A stretch of 64,000 nucleotides of DNA from Octopus sinensis (taxonomy: Eukaryota), in contig NC_043023.1 of the NCBI RefSeq assembly GCF_006345805.1, forward strand, positions 20,274,001 to 20,338,000, in the 5' to 3' direction. Under the pieces are notes generated by a model. The model was not told the DNA's origin, did not search any database, and was given only the letters and a program-made list of their open reading frames with translations. Each line of letters opens with the position of its first letter. The stretch's first letter is position 1. Positions 61,772 to 64,000 of the stretch are shown here, one piece after another. The translations under genes and the position numbers were made by a program.

Positions 61772-64000
61772 TGTTACTAGCGCCAGGTCAAACGAAGACC
61801 TCCCACAGAAGCCACACCTGACACCGAGTCCGACGCCAGCGCCACCTGGTGGAAGCAGTAAAGTAGGCAGCAACAGCAGCAGCAGCAGCACAGGTGGCAC
61901 TATGGGGAGCAGTGTGCCGACCACCACGAATACCGTCACATCACCCGCCACCAACGTGAACAGCTGTTCGTTATCGTCAAATGAGACGTACAGTGGCGGG
62001 GGGCGGCCGAAATTGGTGAGCCAGACCTCGCTGAGTGGCAGCACCGTGGTTGGAAGTGGTTTGCATGGCTGTGGGGGTCTTATCAGCCTAGCTGGCAGCG
62101 GGGGTGGGTGCAACAGTGCCCAGCGTCAACAGGTACAGAGGCAACGCTCGTTTAAGCGTTCAGACGACGAGCTGATCAAGAGGTCGCGAGTGCACTCCAG
62201 CTCATATGAACTTTCGCAAGACTTACAGGAGAAGCAGCTGGAGATGCTGGAGAGGAAGTACGGAGGCACGATCCGTTCGAGGCGCGCGGCACGTGTGATT
62301 CAGCGCGCTTTCCGCAAATACTGCATGAATAAGAACTTTGAGAAGTTGCGCAATTCCGTTGGTGAGCGCCGGTTGTCGAAACGGCTGTCGGAACTGGGTC
62401 GCAGCAACACCGTCTGGACGGACAGAATCAGCTGTGAGATGATGCAGTATACCACGACGACGACAGCAGCCACGGGTGGCACGGTGGGTGGGATCGCAGC
62501 TGGCTGCGACGGGTTGCAGAATTATGGCGTGGGCGGCGTAGCGTTGACGATGGCGGAGAGCAAACAGAAGCTGTTGGACCACGAGAAATCGGAGAGCGTG
62601 CGGAAGCGAATCGCGGAGATTGAGGCGCGGAAGAACCTCGACAACCGACTGCATCATCACCACCACCCTCAGCAGCAGCAGCAGACCCAGCAATATCACC
62701 AGATGTCACTGGATGCCTCTCTGAAGGTGGAGGGCCTGAGGAGGACCGCACAGCAGCGCAAGGAGAAGCGCCGGCTGGAGAGGTCGGCCGAGATCGACCT
62801 CAGCTGTATTCCCAGTGAGAACGTGATGGAGGAGGAGGAGGAAGAAGAGGAGGAGGAGGAGGTGGAGGAGGAAGCGTACGAGAGGCGAGACGAGAACGAG
62901 ATCACGGCGAAGAGCGGCGGCGACGGTGATGAGAAGGCGGTGACGGGGTCGGAGAAGAAGGGAGACAACAGCAGCAGCAAGAACAAGGGGCAGCAGCAAG
63001 GGAGCAACAGTACGTGCTGTGGCGTCGTTGCCGGGGTTGTAGTCGGTGGCAACAGCAACAACCGGCGACAGGCGACGAACGCAGGCCAGAGCCCCGTCTC
63101 TTCTTCCTCTTCGACGCCGATAACGGCATCAAGCACGACGAACGTGATGCAGCAGCAGGAGCCGAATAACAATCGCAACTCCTACCCCGAGCTAAACGAC
63201 AGCAGTGCGAGTGATTCCCCGCAGGCGACCCCTGTTGAGAGCGCGGTCGACCTGCACAGCCTGGATTTTGAGAATCTTCTGGAGAGCAAAGAGACGGACA
63301 TTTTGAGCGATAGTTTCCATAGCGACAGCGTGCATAGCGACGGCAGCAATCAGGAAGCTGGTTCGTTGATCGGCCATCATCACAAACCGGCCGTCCTGTC
63401 ATCCCTGTCGTCCGTCGATCAACTCGACCCGCGCCTGCACGCCACCAAGGACGGCCACGGCGGCTCGTGCGACAGCATGGGCCGGCTCTATCCGGAGTCC
63501 GGCTTTGCAGCAGAGCTGCCGCCGGAGGTTCAAATCAAGGTTGATCTAGCGTCCCCCGAGGACACGGGACTCGGGGACAGGAAGACGCTCAGTGAAGAAT
63601 CGATAAAGTTTTATGTGAATTCGAAAGTGAAACTGCGCGGCACGGGTAGCGGCGGTAGTAGTGGTGGTGGCGGTGGTGGTGGTGTGAACAGCGGAGGTAA
63701 TGGTGGTGGTGGGGGAGCCGGAAATGTTTCCAGTGTGCGGGAACTGAAGGACAAGAAGGTGTTGGGTGGCGTGCCACCACAAGTGACCCCCGGTGTCGCT
63801 CCCCCTCCTCACCACCACCACCAACACCACCACCATCATCATTCACATCGGTGTGGCCCGGAGGCGTCGCCGATCTGGAAGCGGAAGAGCGCGACGGGCG
63901 TGCTCGGCGGCTCCGGGTCGGGTGCCGCGGCCGCGCCGCCTTCGGCGCCCACCGTCGCGGCCGTGGCTGCAGCGGCGGCGGCCGGCGGTGTGGGGGTGGT
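61772..64000 (+). CDS. IQSEC1: IQ motif and SEC7 domain-containing Arf-GEF (IQSEC/BRAG/schizo family), large internal exon, 3' end beyond the window
   Basis: Acceptor ttttttgtgtctttgcAG at 61770-61771. Frame from 61773 is stop-free to the window end (742 codons, translated by hand). Contains [55 protein letters not shown], the IQSEC N-terminal/IQ signature (IQ at 62298-62303). Sec7 and PH domains are not in the window; the symbol denotes the family, not a specific vertebrate paralog. Confidence 0.92.

Overview
Metazoan genomic DNA, very rich in repeats and (TA)/(CA) microsatellites; the repeat landscape suggests an octopus or other coleoid cephalopod (inference, not a database hit). Two protein-coding genes are recognisable on the + strand. 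(1) Dystroglycan (DAG1): complete, two coding exons (5346 or 5892..6296 and 28689..30986) split by a 22.4 kb phase-0 intron at the same position as in human DAG1. (2) A very large internal exon (61772..>64000) of an IQSEC/BRAG/schizo-type Arf-GEF; it is missing from the ORF track because it runs off the window end. The rest is at least four tRNA-derived or RTE-tailed SINE families, CR1 and RTE LINE 3' fragments, mariner relics, MITEs, a 4.1 kb satellite with a 97-bp unit, and a 100-N assembly gap. Almost all short ORFs in the track are microsatellite or repeat artefacts. Best leads: an in-frame 182-codon extension ahead of the DAG1 signal peptide; a satellite that appears to have grown from a retroelement 3' end; 3-4 diverged antisense units in the DAG1 intron that keep branch point and acceptor; a minimal Penelope-type hammerhead ribozyme with a variant core; and a structurally conserved LINE/SINE 3' hairpin.
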